Notes: generated by a model not told the origin, from the sequence alone. Positions 9,111 through 19,815 are shown, numbered from the stretch's first letter. The stretch is DNA of 64,000 nt from an uncultured delta proteobacterium (GCA_963803435.1 CAWDML010000015.1:45922-109921), one strand, 5' to 3'. Program-made: numbers and translations.

Positions 9111-11749
9111 TACGCTCTGACTCCCAGCGGCCCGCTCCGCCGCCCATCGCTCCGCGGAATCGTCACCAGGCCCTCGCGCGCGTCTTTCATCGCGTCGAAG
9201 CGCCGGTGGACCTCGACCAGTCCCTGCGTTGGCTCACCCCGCTCCCGAAGCTGCTCGATGGCTCGAGAGAGGCGCTGCTCGGCCTTCGGGCTCGGCTCGT
9301 TCTCGAGCATCGCGAGTGCGTGCTGCGATCTCGAAGATCGGTCCGACCAGCTGCATCGCACCCTGGGCGGCGGGATCGTCCCGCTTCTCGAGGGCCTCGA
9401 ACGCGCTCTTCGGCGAGACCGTCGCCTCTTCATCGAGGTCGCCGAGCCTCCGGGCTTCCGGTCGAGCCGAGCGCCACAGCCTTGCCAGCGAGGACAAGCC
9501 ATCCCGTGCGATCTGGCTCCGAGCCTCGCTCTGCCTCTTCGCGAGCGGTTCGAGCGCGAGGAACGGCTCGAGCCAGTCGCACCAGAAGTCGATCTCGCTC
9601 GCGATGCGCTCGCCGCCCGGGATCGGCTCGGCGGCGCTCTTCACGGCTTCGAGCCGCGCCTTCACCCTGGGCAGCGAGGCCCGCCGCTCGAGGCTTTGAT
9701 TCAGCGAGAGGCTCGCCTCCATCAGATCGGACAGAGCGAGGAGCCGCTGAACCGCTGGATCATCCTTTGCCGCGGCGATCCGCTCCGCATCGTCGTGCGC
9801 GTCGAGGTCGGCGGCCGACGCCGCGATCATCGCGTCGATCCGATCGCGATTGAGGTGTGCCAGCGCGTCGATGCTCTCCAGCGGATGGCCGAAGGCCAGC
9901 TCGGTGATCGGGCCGTAGAACGCCAGCACGGCGGTCTCGAGCTGGCCGATGTCGTCGCCGGCGAGCGCCGCTTCGACTGCGGCGGCCTTCTTCGAGAGCG
10001 CCTCGGCCTGCCCGTCGGGCAGGTCGAGCGCGCCCACCTGCTCGACCAGGTCGGCCATCGAGATCGCCTCGGCGAACCGCGCGAGCCACTGCTCGCCGTG
10101 GCCCTTGATGCCGGCCAGCTGGGCGTTGAGCATCGCGCGCAGGCTGGCCAGCAGCTGCACGTCCGCAGGGGGTCGGTCGAGCTCGCCCGCGACGGCCCTC
10201 GCGGTCTCGATCAGCGTGGCGCGGAGCGCCCGAGCGTCTTCCTGCCCGATCGCCTTCTCCGACGCCGCAGCCTCCTCGGGCTTCCACGCCGCGTGCACCG
10301 CCAGCGCGATCGCCTCGCTGAGCCCGACCACCGAACGCCGCGCCTGGAACACGGCTCGATCCGCCGTCACTCGGGCGCTGAACGCCTCGACGTCGCTCTT
10401 CAGCACGATCCCGTCCAGCTCGGCGTCGAGTCCGAGCCTCCCTGCACCGCGGAGGAGATCGGCGAGCTTTTCGGGGACGCGCTGCAGGTAGTATGCGTCT
10501 TTCTTGTCGATCTTCAGCACGTAGAGCGCGCCTGCAAGGACGTCGGCGACCGCGCCCAGCGTGTCGATCTCCTCGGCCAGCGTGGTGCGCGCCTTCGTGT
10601 CCTTCTTGTCGACCGCGTGGAGCCGGTCGATCAGCTCGTCCCGTCGCTCTCGGACCTCGGAGAGGATCGGCTCCGGAGATCGCATCGAGCTCGAAGTCCT
10701 CCTTCACGCGACCGGCCAGCTTCGCCGCCGCCCGCTTGATCTCGGGCAGCCGAACCGAGAGGTCGTCGAGCCGGAGCGACTCCTCCTCGCCCGCACCCAC
10801 GGCCGCGCCTCGGCGCTCCCGCACCAGCGGGAACCACGGCGTGAGGCCCCCGGGCCGGATCCCCATCTCGCTCAGCGACTCGGGATGGTTCGCCGCCTCC
10901 ACCGCGCACTGCAGGGCGAGGCGCGTGTACTGCTCCAGGCGCTCGCGGATGACGCGGGAGAGGTCGTCCTTCGGGTCATGGTTGTCGAGATCGCGCCCCG
11001 ACAGCAGGTTGATCACTGGAACGCCGAGCCGATAGAGCGGCTCCGCATCGGTGCTGAAGAACTGCGACTCGCGCGGTTGCTCCGGGTAGCCGTCGATCGC
11101 GCGCTCTCGACCCTGGAGCGCCCGCGCGCTGGCGCGGCGCAGGACGGCCTGCGCGAAGGCGTCGTCGGAGGCCCACTGGAAGACGTCGTTGCGCGAGCCG
11201 CTCTCCAGGTGCACCTGGCCCAGCTCGTCCAGGTTGAGCATCAGCGCCGTCTTGGCCAGCGGTACGATCGGCTGCTGCGCGTACAGCTTCGAGCCGCGCC
11301 GCCCCGGATGGTACTTGTCGTGGCGCCGGATCCCTTCCTCGCCGTCGAACGTGACGAAGAGGACCGACCGCCGCGGCGGGTTCTTCGCGAGGGCGCGCGC
11401 GATCGCGAGGACGCCGGCACAACCGGTGCCGTTGTCGTTGGCTCCCTCGTGCGCGTTCTGCTGCGAGTCGTGGTGCGCGGCGACGATGATGTACTCGTCC
11501 TTCAGCTTCGGATCCGTGCCCTCGAGGAGCCCGATGACGTTGGCGCCGGCGAGGACGCGTCCGCCCACGTCCCAGCGGAACTCCTGGAGCGACGCCTTCA
11601 GGCCGGCGTCCGCCATCCGGTCCCGGATCCACTCGGCGGAAGCGCGGCCGGTCGCCGTCCCGAAGACGCGAATCCGGGAACCCGCGCGCGAGCCCCTCGA
11701 CCAGACCGAAGACCGTGCTCTGGGTAGGGAGCGCTGCCGACACACGCAC
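9110..11749 (-). CDS. M28-family Zn peptidase fused to long helical C-terminal region (frameshifts near 11670, 10675, 9330)
   Basis: NVIGLLEGTDP, AAHHDS, GANDNGTG, FDGEE and LNLDELG motifs. Consecutive ORFs in different frames join into one ~880-aa product. Confidence 0.8.
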
Positions 11750-11752
11750 GCG

Positions 11753-12206
11753 CTAGGCCTCCGGGTGGACGAAGAGGCACTGCCAGACGGTGGCGTGCGT
11801 GCCCTTCGGTAGGCCGTAGCGGAATCCAGGGGACGAGCTCGTCGAGATCGGGTTGGGCGAGGACGGTGATCCCGTGCGCCTCCAGGATCTCGACGATGCG
11901 GTCGGCTCGCTCTCGTTCGTCTTCGCCGCGCCGATGTTCCACGCCGTAGTCGAGGGCGGCGTACGGTCCGAGGTAGCAGACCTGGAGGCGGAGCTTCCCG
12001 AACAGGATCAGCTCCTCGGAGATGTCGTAGCGCCCTCGGGTCCCGTTCCGGAGCATCGGGTCGAGGGCCTTCAGGTCGGCCAGGACGGCCCGCAGGGTCG
12101 CGTTATCACTGTCGTAGTCCCAGACCACGTGGGCGTCGTCGAGCGGGGAGGCCAGGACCTGCTTGGGGTAGTACTGGATGATCGTGCGCTCGATGTCGGG
12201 CGTCAT
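11753..12206 (-). CDS. Hypothetical protein (probable frameshift near 11800)
   Basis: ATG at 12206 follows an AGGAG RBS. After a shift the C-terminus reads ATVWQCLFVHPEA*, with the stop at 11753, 3 nt before the peptidase start. Confidence 0.65.
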
Positions 12207-12363
12207 TCTCAACACTCCTGTAAAACCCATAGGTTACGTCCGCTCCCGTCTCGAGGCCCAGGAGTGTGATCCAGCTACATTTCAATTGTCGGTTTTTGTA
12301 GCTGATTTGGTGCGTCTGCCGAACTTGTCCGCGGAGGGGGACGTTGATACCCCTGGGTGATCT

Positions 12364-13815
12364 ATGCCTGCGAGTGGACTCGGCTTTACGGTCAACGGCC
12401 GGCGCGTCGAGGTCGGGGATGTTTCACCGACGACGACCTTGCTCCAGTGGCTCCGCGGCGAGCCCGGGCGGACCGGCACCAAGGAGGGGTGCGCCGAGGG
12501 GGACTGCGGCGCCTGCACGGTCGCGGTGGTGACGCACGGTCGGGCGGGCCCAACCTTTCGTGCCGTGAACAGCTGCCTGGTCCTTCTGCCGATGATGCAC
12601 GGGCAGGAGATCGTGACGGTCGAAGGCCTGAAGGAGGGCTCGGCGTACCACCCCGTTCAGGAGAGCCTCGTCGGACGTCTCGGATCCCAGTGCGGGTACT
12701 GCACGCCGGGTGTCGTGATGTCGATGTTCGAGGCCTGCTATCGCGGCGACCTGAGCGAGCGCTGGCAGATCGACGACCAGATGTGCGGCAACCTCTGCCG
12801 CTGCACCGGCTACCGTCCCATCCGCGAGGCCACCGAGGCGATCGCAGGTCTTCGCCCCGAGGATCGCTTCAGGCAACTCCTGGAACGCGAGCCCGCTCGC
12901 CCCACCTCGCTCGAGCTGTCGTACCGCGACCAGCGGTACTTCGCGCCGGCGTCGCTCGACGAGCTCTGGACGATCCTCGATCGCCATCCGGACGCACGCT
13001 TCGTCGCCGGCGGTACCGATCTCTCCCTGCTGGTTACCAAGCGCTTCGAGGAGCTCCCACTCCTGATCTCGCTGGAGCAGCTCCCGGAGCTCAGTGTGAT
13101 CGAGGAGCGCCCGGGCGGCCTCCGGATCGGCGCCACCGTGCGCCTCTCCGATCTCGAATCGTTCGCGCGCGGCGCTTCACCGTCGATCGAGCGCATGTTG
13201 CGATACTTCGGGTCGCGGCAGATCAAGAACCGAGCGACGATCGGCGGCAATCTCTGCAACGCCTCGCCGATCGGCGACCTCCCGCCGATCCTGCTGGCGC
13301 TCGGGGCCGAGGTGGAGCTGCTCTCCCGCACCGGCACCCGGAGGCTGCCGCTGGATCAGCTCTTCGTGGCCTATCGAAAGACCGCGCTGGCGAAGAACGA
13401 GATGCTCTCGGCCGTCTTCGTGCCGGACCTCCCCGCCGGCGACGTGCGCGTCACCGCCTACAAGGTCTCCAAGCGGCAGGAGCTCGACATCAGCGCGGTG
13501 GCGGCCGGGCTCTACGTCGAGCTGGAGCAGGGCACGGTGAAGGAGGCCCGCTTTGCCTACGGCGGGATGGCGGCGACGCCGAGGCGCGCCACTGCGGCCG
13601 AGCAAGCCGCCCGCGGCCAGCCCTGGAGCGAGGCGACAATCGCGGCCGCCATGCGCGCGCTCGACCGCGACTTCACGCCGATCGACGACCACCGCGGTTC
13701 GGCCTGGTACCGCGGGACCGTCGCGAAGAACCTCCTCCTCGGCTTCTTCCACGAGACCCAGAAGGATCCGTCTCCGCGGCTCGCGCACCGCCCGACGGGG
13801 AGCGTTTCGCCATGA
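12364..13815 (+). CDS. xdhA: Xanthine dehydrogenase small subunit (2Fe-2S + FAD)
   Basis: GTKEGCAEGDCGAC, SQCGYCTPG, GNLCRCTGY, AGGTDL and YKVSKR..DIS motifs. Confidence 0.95.
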   Translation: MPASGLGFTVNGRRVEVGDVSPTTTLLQWLRGEPGRTGTKEGCAEGDCGACTVAVVTHGRAGPTFRAVNSCLVLLPMMHGQEIVTVEGLKEGSAYHPVQESLVGRLGSQCGYCTPGVVMSMFEACYRGDLSERWQIDDQMCGNLCRCTGYRPIREATEAIAGLRPEDRFRQLLEREPARPTSLELSYRDQRYFAPASLDELWTILDRHPDARFVAGGTDLSLLVTKRFEELPLLISLEQLPELSVIEERPGGLRIGATVRLSDLESFARGASPSIERMLRYFGSRQIKNRATIGGNLCNASPIGDLPPILLALGAEVELLSRTGTRRLPLDQLFVAYRKTALAKNEMLSAVFVPDLPAGDVRVTAYKVSKRQELDISAVAAGLYVELEQGTVKEARFAYGGMAATPRRATAAEQAARGQPWSEATIAAAMRALDRDFTPIDDHRGSAWYRGTVAKNLLLGFFHETQKDPSPRLAHRPTGSVSP

Positions 13816-16166
13816 CCAAGAGCCCGCTTCACGAACCCCTCCTGCACGAGAGCGGCTATCGCCACGCCTCGGGCGAGGCCACCTACGTCGACGACATCCC
13901 GGCGCCCCGGGGCACGCTGGTGGGCCACCTGGTGGCGTCGCCGATCGCGCGGGGCCGTATCGTGCGCCTCGACGTGGAGGCTGCGCGGCGGGTCGAAGGC
14001 GTCGCGTGCGTGCTCACCGCGGAGGACATCCCGGGCGACAACGACATCGCGCCCTTCACCCACGACGAGCCCCTCCTGGCCGAGGGCGAGGTGTTCTGCG
14101 CCGGCCAGCACGTGGCGCTGGTCGTGGCCGACTCGCTCCGCACCTGTCGCATCGCTGCGGCCGCCGTCGTGCTGGAGCTGGAGGAGCTCCCCGCGATCCT
14201 CGACATCCAGACCGCGATCGCGGAGCGGTCCTTCATCGGTGAGCCGCACGTGATGAAGCGCGGGGACGTGGAGTCGGCGCTGGAGTCCGCGCACCTGGTG
14301 CTGGCCGGAGAGCTCGAGACCGGCGGACAGGATCACTTCTATCTGGAGACCCACTGCGCGCTCTGCGTGCCCGAGGAGAACGGCACCTACCGCGTGTTCT
14401 CCTCGACGCAGCATCCGACCGAAGTGCAGGCGAAGATCGCCGAGGTTCTCCACCTCGCGCGGAGCCAGGTGATCGTCGAGACCGCGCGTATGGGCGGCGG
14501 CTTCGGCGGCAAGGAGACGCAGGGCGCCCACTTCGGCGCCTTCGCCGCGCTGGGGTCATACTTCACGCGGCGCCCGGTGAAGGTCTGGTTGAACCGCGAT
14601 CAGGACATGACGCAGACCGGCAAGCGCCACCCCTGGTACTCGCGCTATCGCGCTGGCTTCGACGCGGACGGGAAGATCGTCGCCCTCGAGATCGACGGGT
14701 GCTCCGACGGGGGCTGGTCCGCGGATCTCTCGCAGGCGATCCGCGATCGATACCTGTTCCACCTCGACAACGCCTACTACCTCCCGAACCTCCACTTCGT
14801 CGCACGAATCGCGAGGACCAACCGGGTCTCGAACACGGCCTTTCGCGGCTTCGGCGGACCGCAGGGTGTGGTCGTGATCGAGATGATCCTCAACCGGGCC
14901 GCCGAGCGGCTCGGGATCGATCCCGCCGAGGTCCGGCGCGCGAACTACTACGGCGCCGCCCCGCGGGATCGCACGCCGTACGATCAGGTGATCGAGGCGC
15001 CTCGGCTCCAGCGGATCCACGCAGAGCTGCTGGAGTCGGCGGAGTACGCGCGGCGCCGCGCGGAGGTGGAGGCCTTCAACGCCGGCTCACGCTGGCTGAA
15101 GCGCGGCATCGCCTACACGCCGGTGAAGTTCGGGATCTCGTTCACGGCCTCGCAGCTCAATCAGGCCGGAGCGTTGGTGCTGATCTACGCGGACGGCAGC
15201 GTCCAGCTCAACCACGGCGGCACCGAGATGGGGCAGGGCCTCTTCACCAAGATGCTGGCCGTCGCGTCCCACGAGCTGGGCGTGCCCGTCGAACGCATCC
15301 GGCTGATGAGCACCGCCACCGACAAGGTGCCGAACACCTCGGCGACCGCCGCCTCGAGCGGGTCCGATCTCAACGGCCAGGCCGTCAAGCAGGCCTGCGA
15401 GATCTTGAAGGACAGGTTGCGCCCGCTGGCCGCCTCGATGATGGGGGTGCCCGCCGAGAACGCCGCTCGGATCGTCTTCGAGGACGATGCGGCGCGCCTC
15501 GGTGATCGAATCGTGGCGTTTCGCGACCTGGTCTTCCGCGCCTGGATGCAGCAGATCTCGCTCTCGAGCACCGGGTACTATCGGACCCCCGACATCCACT
15601 ACGATCCGAAGGTCGGCCGCGGGAAGCCGTTCCACTACTTCGCGTACGGCGGAGCGGTGACAGAGATCGAGATCAACGGTCTCACCGGCGAGCACCGCCT
15701 GAAGCGCGTCGACATCCTCCACGACGTCGGCGATTCGCTGGTCCCGTCGATCGACATCGGGCAGATCGAGGGCGGCTTCATCCAGGGCTTCGGGTGGCTC
15801 ACCTCGGAGGAGGTGGTCTGGGATGGACAGGGGCGGCTCTTGAGCCACTCGCCCGATACTTACAAGGTCCCGGCGATCGGAGACGCGCCGACCGACCTGC
15901 GGGTGAAGCTGCTGGAGGGCGTCCCGCAATCGAACGTCATTCACGGGAGCAAGGCCGTCGGCGAGCCGCCCTTGATGCTGGCCGTGTCCGCAGTGGCGGC
16001 GCTGCGCCAGGCGGTGGGGGCGTTCGCCGCGGACGATCGGGAGGTCGAGCTTTCGATCCCGTGTACGCCCGAAGCCGTGCTCCGCGCCGTGGAACGCATG
16101 CGCAACCCCGATCACGCGGAACGCGTGGATTTGCCACAATTTGCGGCCCGCGAGGATCGGATCTAG
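13812..16166 (+). CDS. xdhB: Xanthine dehydrogenase molybdopterin-binding subunit
   Basis: ATGA overlap with xdhA; GGQDHFYLE, MGGGFGGKE, AFRGFGGPQG, GTEMGQGL and SKAVGEPP motifs. Confidence 0.95.
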   Translation: MTKSPLHEPLLHESGYRHASGEATYVDDIPAPRGTLVGHLVASPIARGRIVRLDVEAARRVEGVACVLTAEDIPGDNDIAPFTHDEPLLAEGEVFCAGQHVALVVADSLRTCRIAAAAVVLELEELPAILDIQTAIAERSFIGEPHVMKRGDVESALESAHLVLAGELETGGQDHFYLETHCALCVPEENGTYRVFSSTQHPTEVQAKIAEVLHLARSQVIVETARMGGGFGGKETQGAHFGAFAALGSYFTRRPVKVWLNRDQDMTQTGKRHPWYSRYRAGFDADGKIVALEIDGCSDGGWSADLSQAIRDRYLFHLDNAYYLPNLHFVARIARTNRVSNTAFRGFGGPQGVVVIEMILNRAAERLGIDPAEVRRANYYGAAPRDRTPYDQVIEAPRLQRIHAELLESAEYARRRAEVEAFNAGSRWLKRGIAYTPVKFGISFTASQLNQAGALVLIYADGSVQLNHGGTEMGQGLFTKMLAVASHELGVPVERIRLMSTATDKVPNTSATAASSGSDLNGQAVKQACEILKDRLRPLAASMMGVPAENAARIVFEDDAARLGDRIVAFRDLVFRAWMQQISLSSTGYYRTPDIHYDPKVGRGKPFHYFAYGGAVTEIEINGLTGEHRLKRVDILHDVGDSLVPSIDIGQIEGGFIQGFGWLTSEEVVWDGQGRLLSHSPDTYKVPAIGDAPTDLRVKLLEGVPQSNVIHGSKAVGEPPLMLAVSAVAALRQAVGAFAADDREVELSIPCTPEAVLRAVERMRNPDHAERVDLPQFAAREDRI

Positions 16167-16178
16167 GCTGCCCTCACC

Positions 16179-17750
16179 ATGGCGGCGGGCCAGCAGCGAC
16201 TCGGTTCGCTCCTCGTCGAGCTCGGATTCATCGACGACGGACAGCTCGAATCGGCGCTGGACGAACAGGCGCGCTCCGGGAGCCGCCTGGGCCGGATCCT
16301 GGTCGACGCTGCCATCATCACCGAGGACCGGCTGGTGCACGCGCTCTCCCGCCAGCTCGGGATCGAGACCTGCGATCCGCTCACCACCAACATCCACGAG
16401 CGTGTCCTCAAGCTGATCCCGGTGGATCTCGCGTATCGCCATCGCGTGCTCCCGGTGGCGATGAAGAAGGAGGACACGGGCGAGGTCATCTTCGTCGCCA
16501 CCTCGGATCCGCTGAACAAGACCGCCCTCTCCGAGATCCGGAGCGCCACCAACAATCGACGTGTCCGCTGGCTGCTGGCCGGTGAGACCGGGATGGAGAT
16601 GGCCCTCGCGCGGCACTACGGCACGCCGCCAAAGCGGAGGGTGCAGCCGACACCGCTGCCCGAGGGGACGCCGGTCATCACTGGAAAGCCGGTCTCGGCG
16701 CCGAAGAGCGGCAGCAGCCGCCCGGCGCCGCGCACGTCGGATCTGTTCATGCTCTCGAGCGACCTGGCCGAGGTCGCCAAGGAGGCCACCGGCTCGATCG
16801 CCATGGACGGGTTCGGGTTCGCGTCGGAGGACCTTCCTCCGATCGAGGTTCCGCCGGAGCTGCTCGCCTCGCCGGACGCGGCGTTGCAGATCATCGAGGC
16901 CGAGATGCCGCGCTCGTCCAACGGCAGCTCCGATCTTCCCGACTTCACCGCGTTCATGACCAGCGAGCAGTCGGAGCCGTCGCCTTCCCCGCAGCCCGCG
17001 GCTCCGCTGGAGGTGGACGACTTCGAGGTCCTCGAGGCCCAACCCGTGGAGGCGGAGGCCGAAGAGGTGGCGCCGCTCGCGAGCTCTGCGAACGGTCATC
17101 GCCCGCTGCCGCCCATGCCGTCGCCGTCGCAGCCGTTCGGCGCCAGCTGGGGTGATCTGGTCGGCAGCGACCTTCTGCTCCCGTCGGTGTTCCCTTGGCA
17201 GCCGGATCCTCCGCCCACCACCGAGACGCCGCGTCCCGAGGACACGCTCGAGGTCGAAGACGACGGCATCGAGGTGGAGGAGTCGCTCGACCCGATCGAG
17301 CCCACCCCGCCGCCCGTTCGCGAAGCCCGCACGATCGAGTCGATCGAGATCGAAGAGCAGGCCGATCCCGACATCATCGCCGCGCTGGCCGCCCGCGCAC
17401 GCGAGGTCGCCGACGCCATCGAGGCCCACTCGATGCCGACCGATCCCGGGACGATCGTCGAGAACGAGACGCCCGGCGACTCCACCGACGTCAGCACGGT
17501 ACCCTCGGAGCTCCCGCCCGATCCGGATCAGGAGGACCTCCCCGACGCCTCCGACGCGCTGATCGAGGACGCCACCGAGATGGAGGTGACCCGCGCCGCC
17601 GTGATGCGCGAGGTGCTCCTCCGCTTCATCGACGACGGCGCGCTGGAGGTGGGACCGCAAGCCATCCTGCGCGTACTGGCGGCGATCATGGAGAAGGAAG
17701 GCCTGCTGTCCGAGGACCGGATCGCGGCTGCGCTCGACGAGAAGGATTGA
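16179..17750 (+). CDS. MshEN/GSPII-E N-terminal domain protein with long acidic Pro-rich linker
   Basis: Tandem RLGSLLVELGFIDDGQLESALDEQ / RLGRILVDAAIITEDRLVHALSRQ; no ATPase motifs. Confidence 0.85.
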   Translation: MAAGQQRLGSLLVELGFIDDGQLESALDEQARSGSRLGRILVDAAIITEDRLVHALSRQLGIETCDPLTTNIHERVLKLIPVDLAYRHRVLPVAMKKEDTGEVIFVATSDPLNKTALSEIRSATNNRRVRWLLAGETGMEMALARHYGTPPKRRVQPTPLPEGTPVITGKPVSAPKSGSSRPAPRTSDLFMLSSDLAEVAKEATGSIAMDGFGFASEDLPPIEVPPELLASPDAALQIIEAEMPRSSNGSSDLPDFTAFMTSEQSEPSPSPQPAAPLEVDDFEVLEAQPVEAEAEEVAPLASSANGHRPLPPMPSPSQPFGASWGDLVGSDLLLPSVFPWQPDPPPTTETPRPEDTLEVEDDGIEVEESLDPIEPTPPPVREARTIESIEIEEQADPDIIAALAARAREVADAIEAHSMPTDPGTIVENETPGDSTDVSTVPSELPPDPDQEDLPDASDALIEDATEMEVTRAAVMREVLLRFIDDGALEVGPQAILRVLAAIMEKEGLLSEDRIAAALDEKD

Positions 17751-17902
17751 GTCCTGGCCCGCCGATACCGGGGCGCTTGAGCGGTCCGTGAACCATTCAC
17801 TTCCTTGGGGCGAGGTGCTTTAGGTCTAACCAGGTAAACCTGAAAGCCCACAGAGACGGCCCCAGTCGACAGTCAACGGTTGAGAGTTCACAGGGCGCGG
17901 AG

Positions 17903-18310
17903 CTATGCGCTCCGTTCGACCTTACCGCGGAGGCCGTTGAGCATGCGGGCGATCTCGTCGAGTTCCGCGCGAATCGGCTCCGCTGCCTTCGCGGTGACGA
18001 GCCCGAGGTCGCGACTCAGGATCAGCAGGTAGTCGACCTCGGCCGCCGAGCCCTCGGCGATGTTGAGGAAGCGAGCGTAGTCGTAGTTTCGTCGACGCTT
18101 CGAGCCCTCCGCGATGTTCGCCGGGATGGAGACCGCGGCGCGTCGGATCTGGGAGACCAGGCCGTAGCGCTCGTCGTCCGGGAAGCCGGTGGTGAGTCGG
18201 TAGATCTGCAGAACGAGCGCATGGCTTCGCTGCCAGACCTTCAAATCGGTGAATCGCTGAAGGGCTGCTCCTGTCGCCTCGGATCGCGTGGGATGAGAGC
18301 ACGTCTTCAC
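17903..18310 (-). CDS. Four-helix-bundle protein (23S rRNA IVP / Avd-like family)
   Basis: FTDLKVWQRSH...FPDDERYGLVSQIRRAAVSIPANIAEG...RFLNIAEGSAAEV. The true start is probably near 18260. Confidence 0.92.
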   Translation of the reverse strand: MKTCSHPTRSEATGAALQRFTDLKVWQRSHALVLQIYRLTTGFPDDERYGLVSQIRRAAVSIPANIAEGSKRRRNYDYARFLNIAEGSAAEVDYLLILSRDLGLVTAKAAEPIRAELDEIARMLNGLRGKVERSA

Positions 18311-18376
18311 GGTGGTTTGGACTCGTTCGGGTGGCCGGAGCTCAACGAACAGGGTTCAGCGCGAGAAGATCACGGG

Positions 18377-19790
18377 ATGGAGCGGTTCATCGAGCTCTTC
18401 GGCCATCTCGTGCACTTCGCGTGCGGCGTGTGGGATCGAATCGTGCTGCGCGGATACTACGAGCGGCCCCAGCGCCCGGCGAACATCGTGTACTTCTTCC
18501 GCGACGTCTGCGGTATCCCGTGCATCACCCCGAAGGTGCTCGCGAAGCGAACGACCGACTACCGCAAGCGGGTGGAGGTATACGCGAAGCGGCACGGCAT
18601 CGAGATCCTGTCGGCGCCGAAGGGCGTGCGGAAGGAGGAGTTCGTGGCGCCCAGCTACCGAGGGAAGAAGGGCGGCGTGGTGGTGATCTTGAAGAGCATG
18701 GAGCAAGGTCCGACATTCATCTCCTACGAGCCGCGCTTCGCCCCCCCGAGCGGCGAGGACTACCGGGTGATCCAGCGGGCGTCCGGGAAGCAGTTCCTCC
18801 ACTACTACTTCTACGTGATGGATCCGGTGATGGGCGCGATGAGCCTGCGCGTCGGCACGTACCTGCCTTTCACGCTCGGCTGCTACATGAACGGGCACTC
18901 GTACCTCGCGCAGCAGCTCGCGCGTCGAGGCGTTCGATTCCGCAAGGACGACAACGCGATCATCAGCTGCGCCGATCCCGCGGTCATGCAACGCCTCGCC
19001 GATCGACTCGACCAGCGGATCCTACGACAACGCGCCAACTACTGGGCCAAGCGTCTTGCGCCTCCCTTCAGTCCCGAAGAGCGGGAGCTGTGCCAGCTCG
19101 AGTATCAGTGGTCGGTGGCGCAAATCGAGTACGCGCAGGACATCGTCTTGAAGCGCCGTGGCCCATTGCGAGAGCTCTTCCGGCGAGCGACCGAGATCGG
19201 AGTCGCCCTCGGTGGTTCGACGCAGACGCGGAACATCTTCGGCCGCGCGATCAACCGCCGCCACAACGGCAAGCTGGAGACCATGCTCGAGCGTCGCGAT
19301 GACGGCACCCCGTCCTGCGAGCCTTCTACAAGACCTCCTACGTGAAGCAGTACGAGAAGGGCGACCGTCTGCTGAGGACCGAGACCTGTCTCAACGACAC
19401 CTATCATCTCGACATCGGCCGCAAGATCGAGAACCTCCGGAGGTGAAGGACCGGCTCAGCGTCACCACGGACCGTTATCTCACTCAGCAGTCGGAGTTGC
19501 TCGACTCGACCCTGGACACCGGTGCCTTGGCAGAACTCGCACGACCAATCCTCGTCGGCCGACGCCGCCTCCCCGGGATCAAGCTCCACGACGACCGGGT
19601 CATCCGCCTCCTCGACACCCTTCTGTACAACGGGGGCCTGCTCGCCGACTGGACGAGCGGCGACGCTCACGCACGGTTGCTCGAGCGCCATCGGCTGAAG
19701 GAGTCCGACTCCACGATCTCGCAGCTCCGCTACGATCTCCGGAAGCTCCGCGCCCACGGCCTTGCCCAGCGCATGGGCCGCACACGGCTC
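18377..19790 (+). pseudogene. Frameshifted, truncated mobile-element-associated protein (Rep/transposase-like with C-terminal wHTH)
   Basis: DRIVLRGY, HYYFYVMDP..G, YMNGHSYL, KDDNA; then in other frames VKQYEKGDRLLRTETCLND and LRYDLRKLRAHGL; breaks off at the 7-bp repeats. Confidence 0.65.
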
Positions 19791-19815
19791 GAGCTGCGCG
19801 TCTCGATGCAGAGAT

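Noticed and set aside
12357-16166. 1269-aa XdhB fusion from the ORF track
   Set aside because: The first ~485 codons are an off-frame shadow of xdhA; xdhB starts at 13812.
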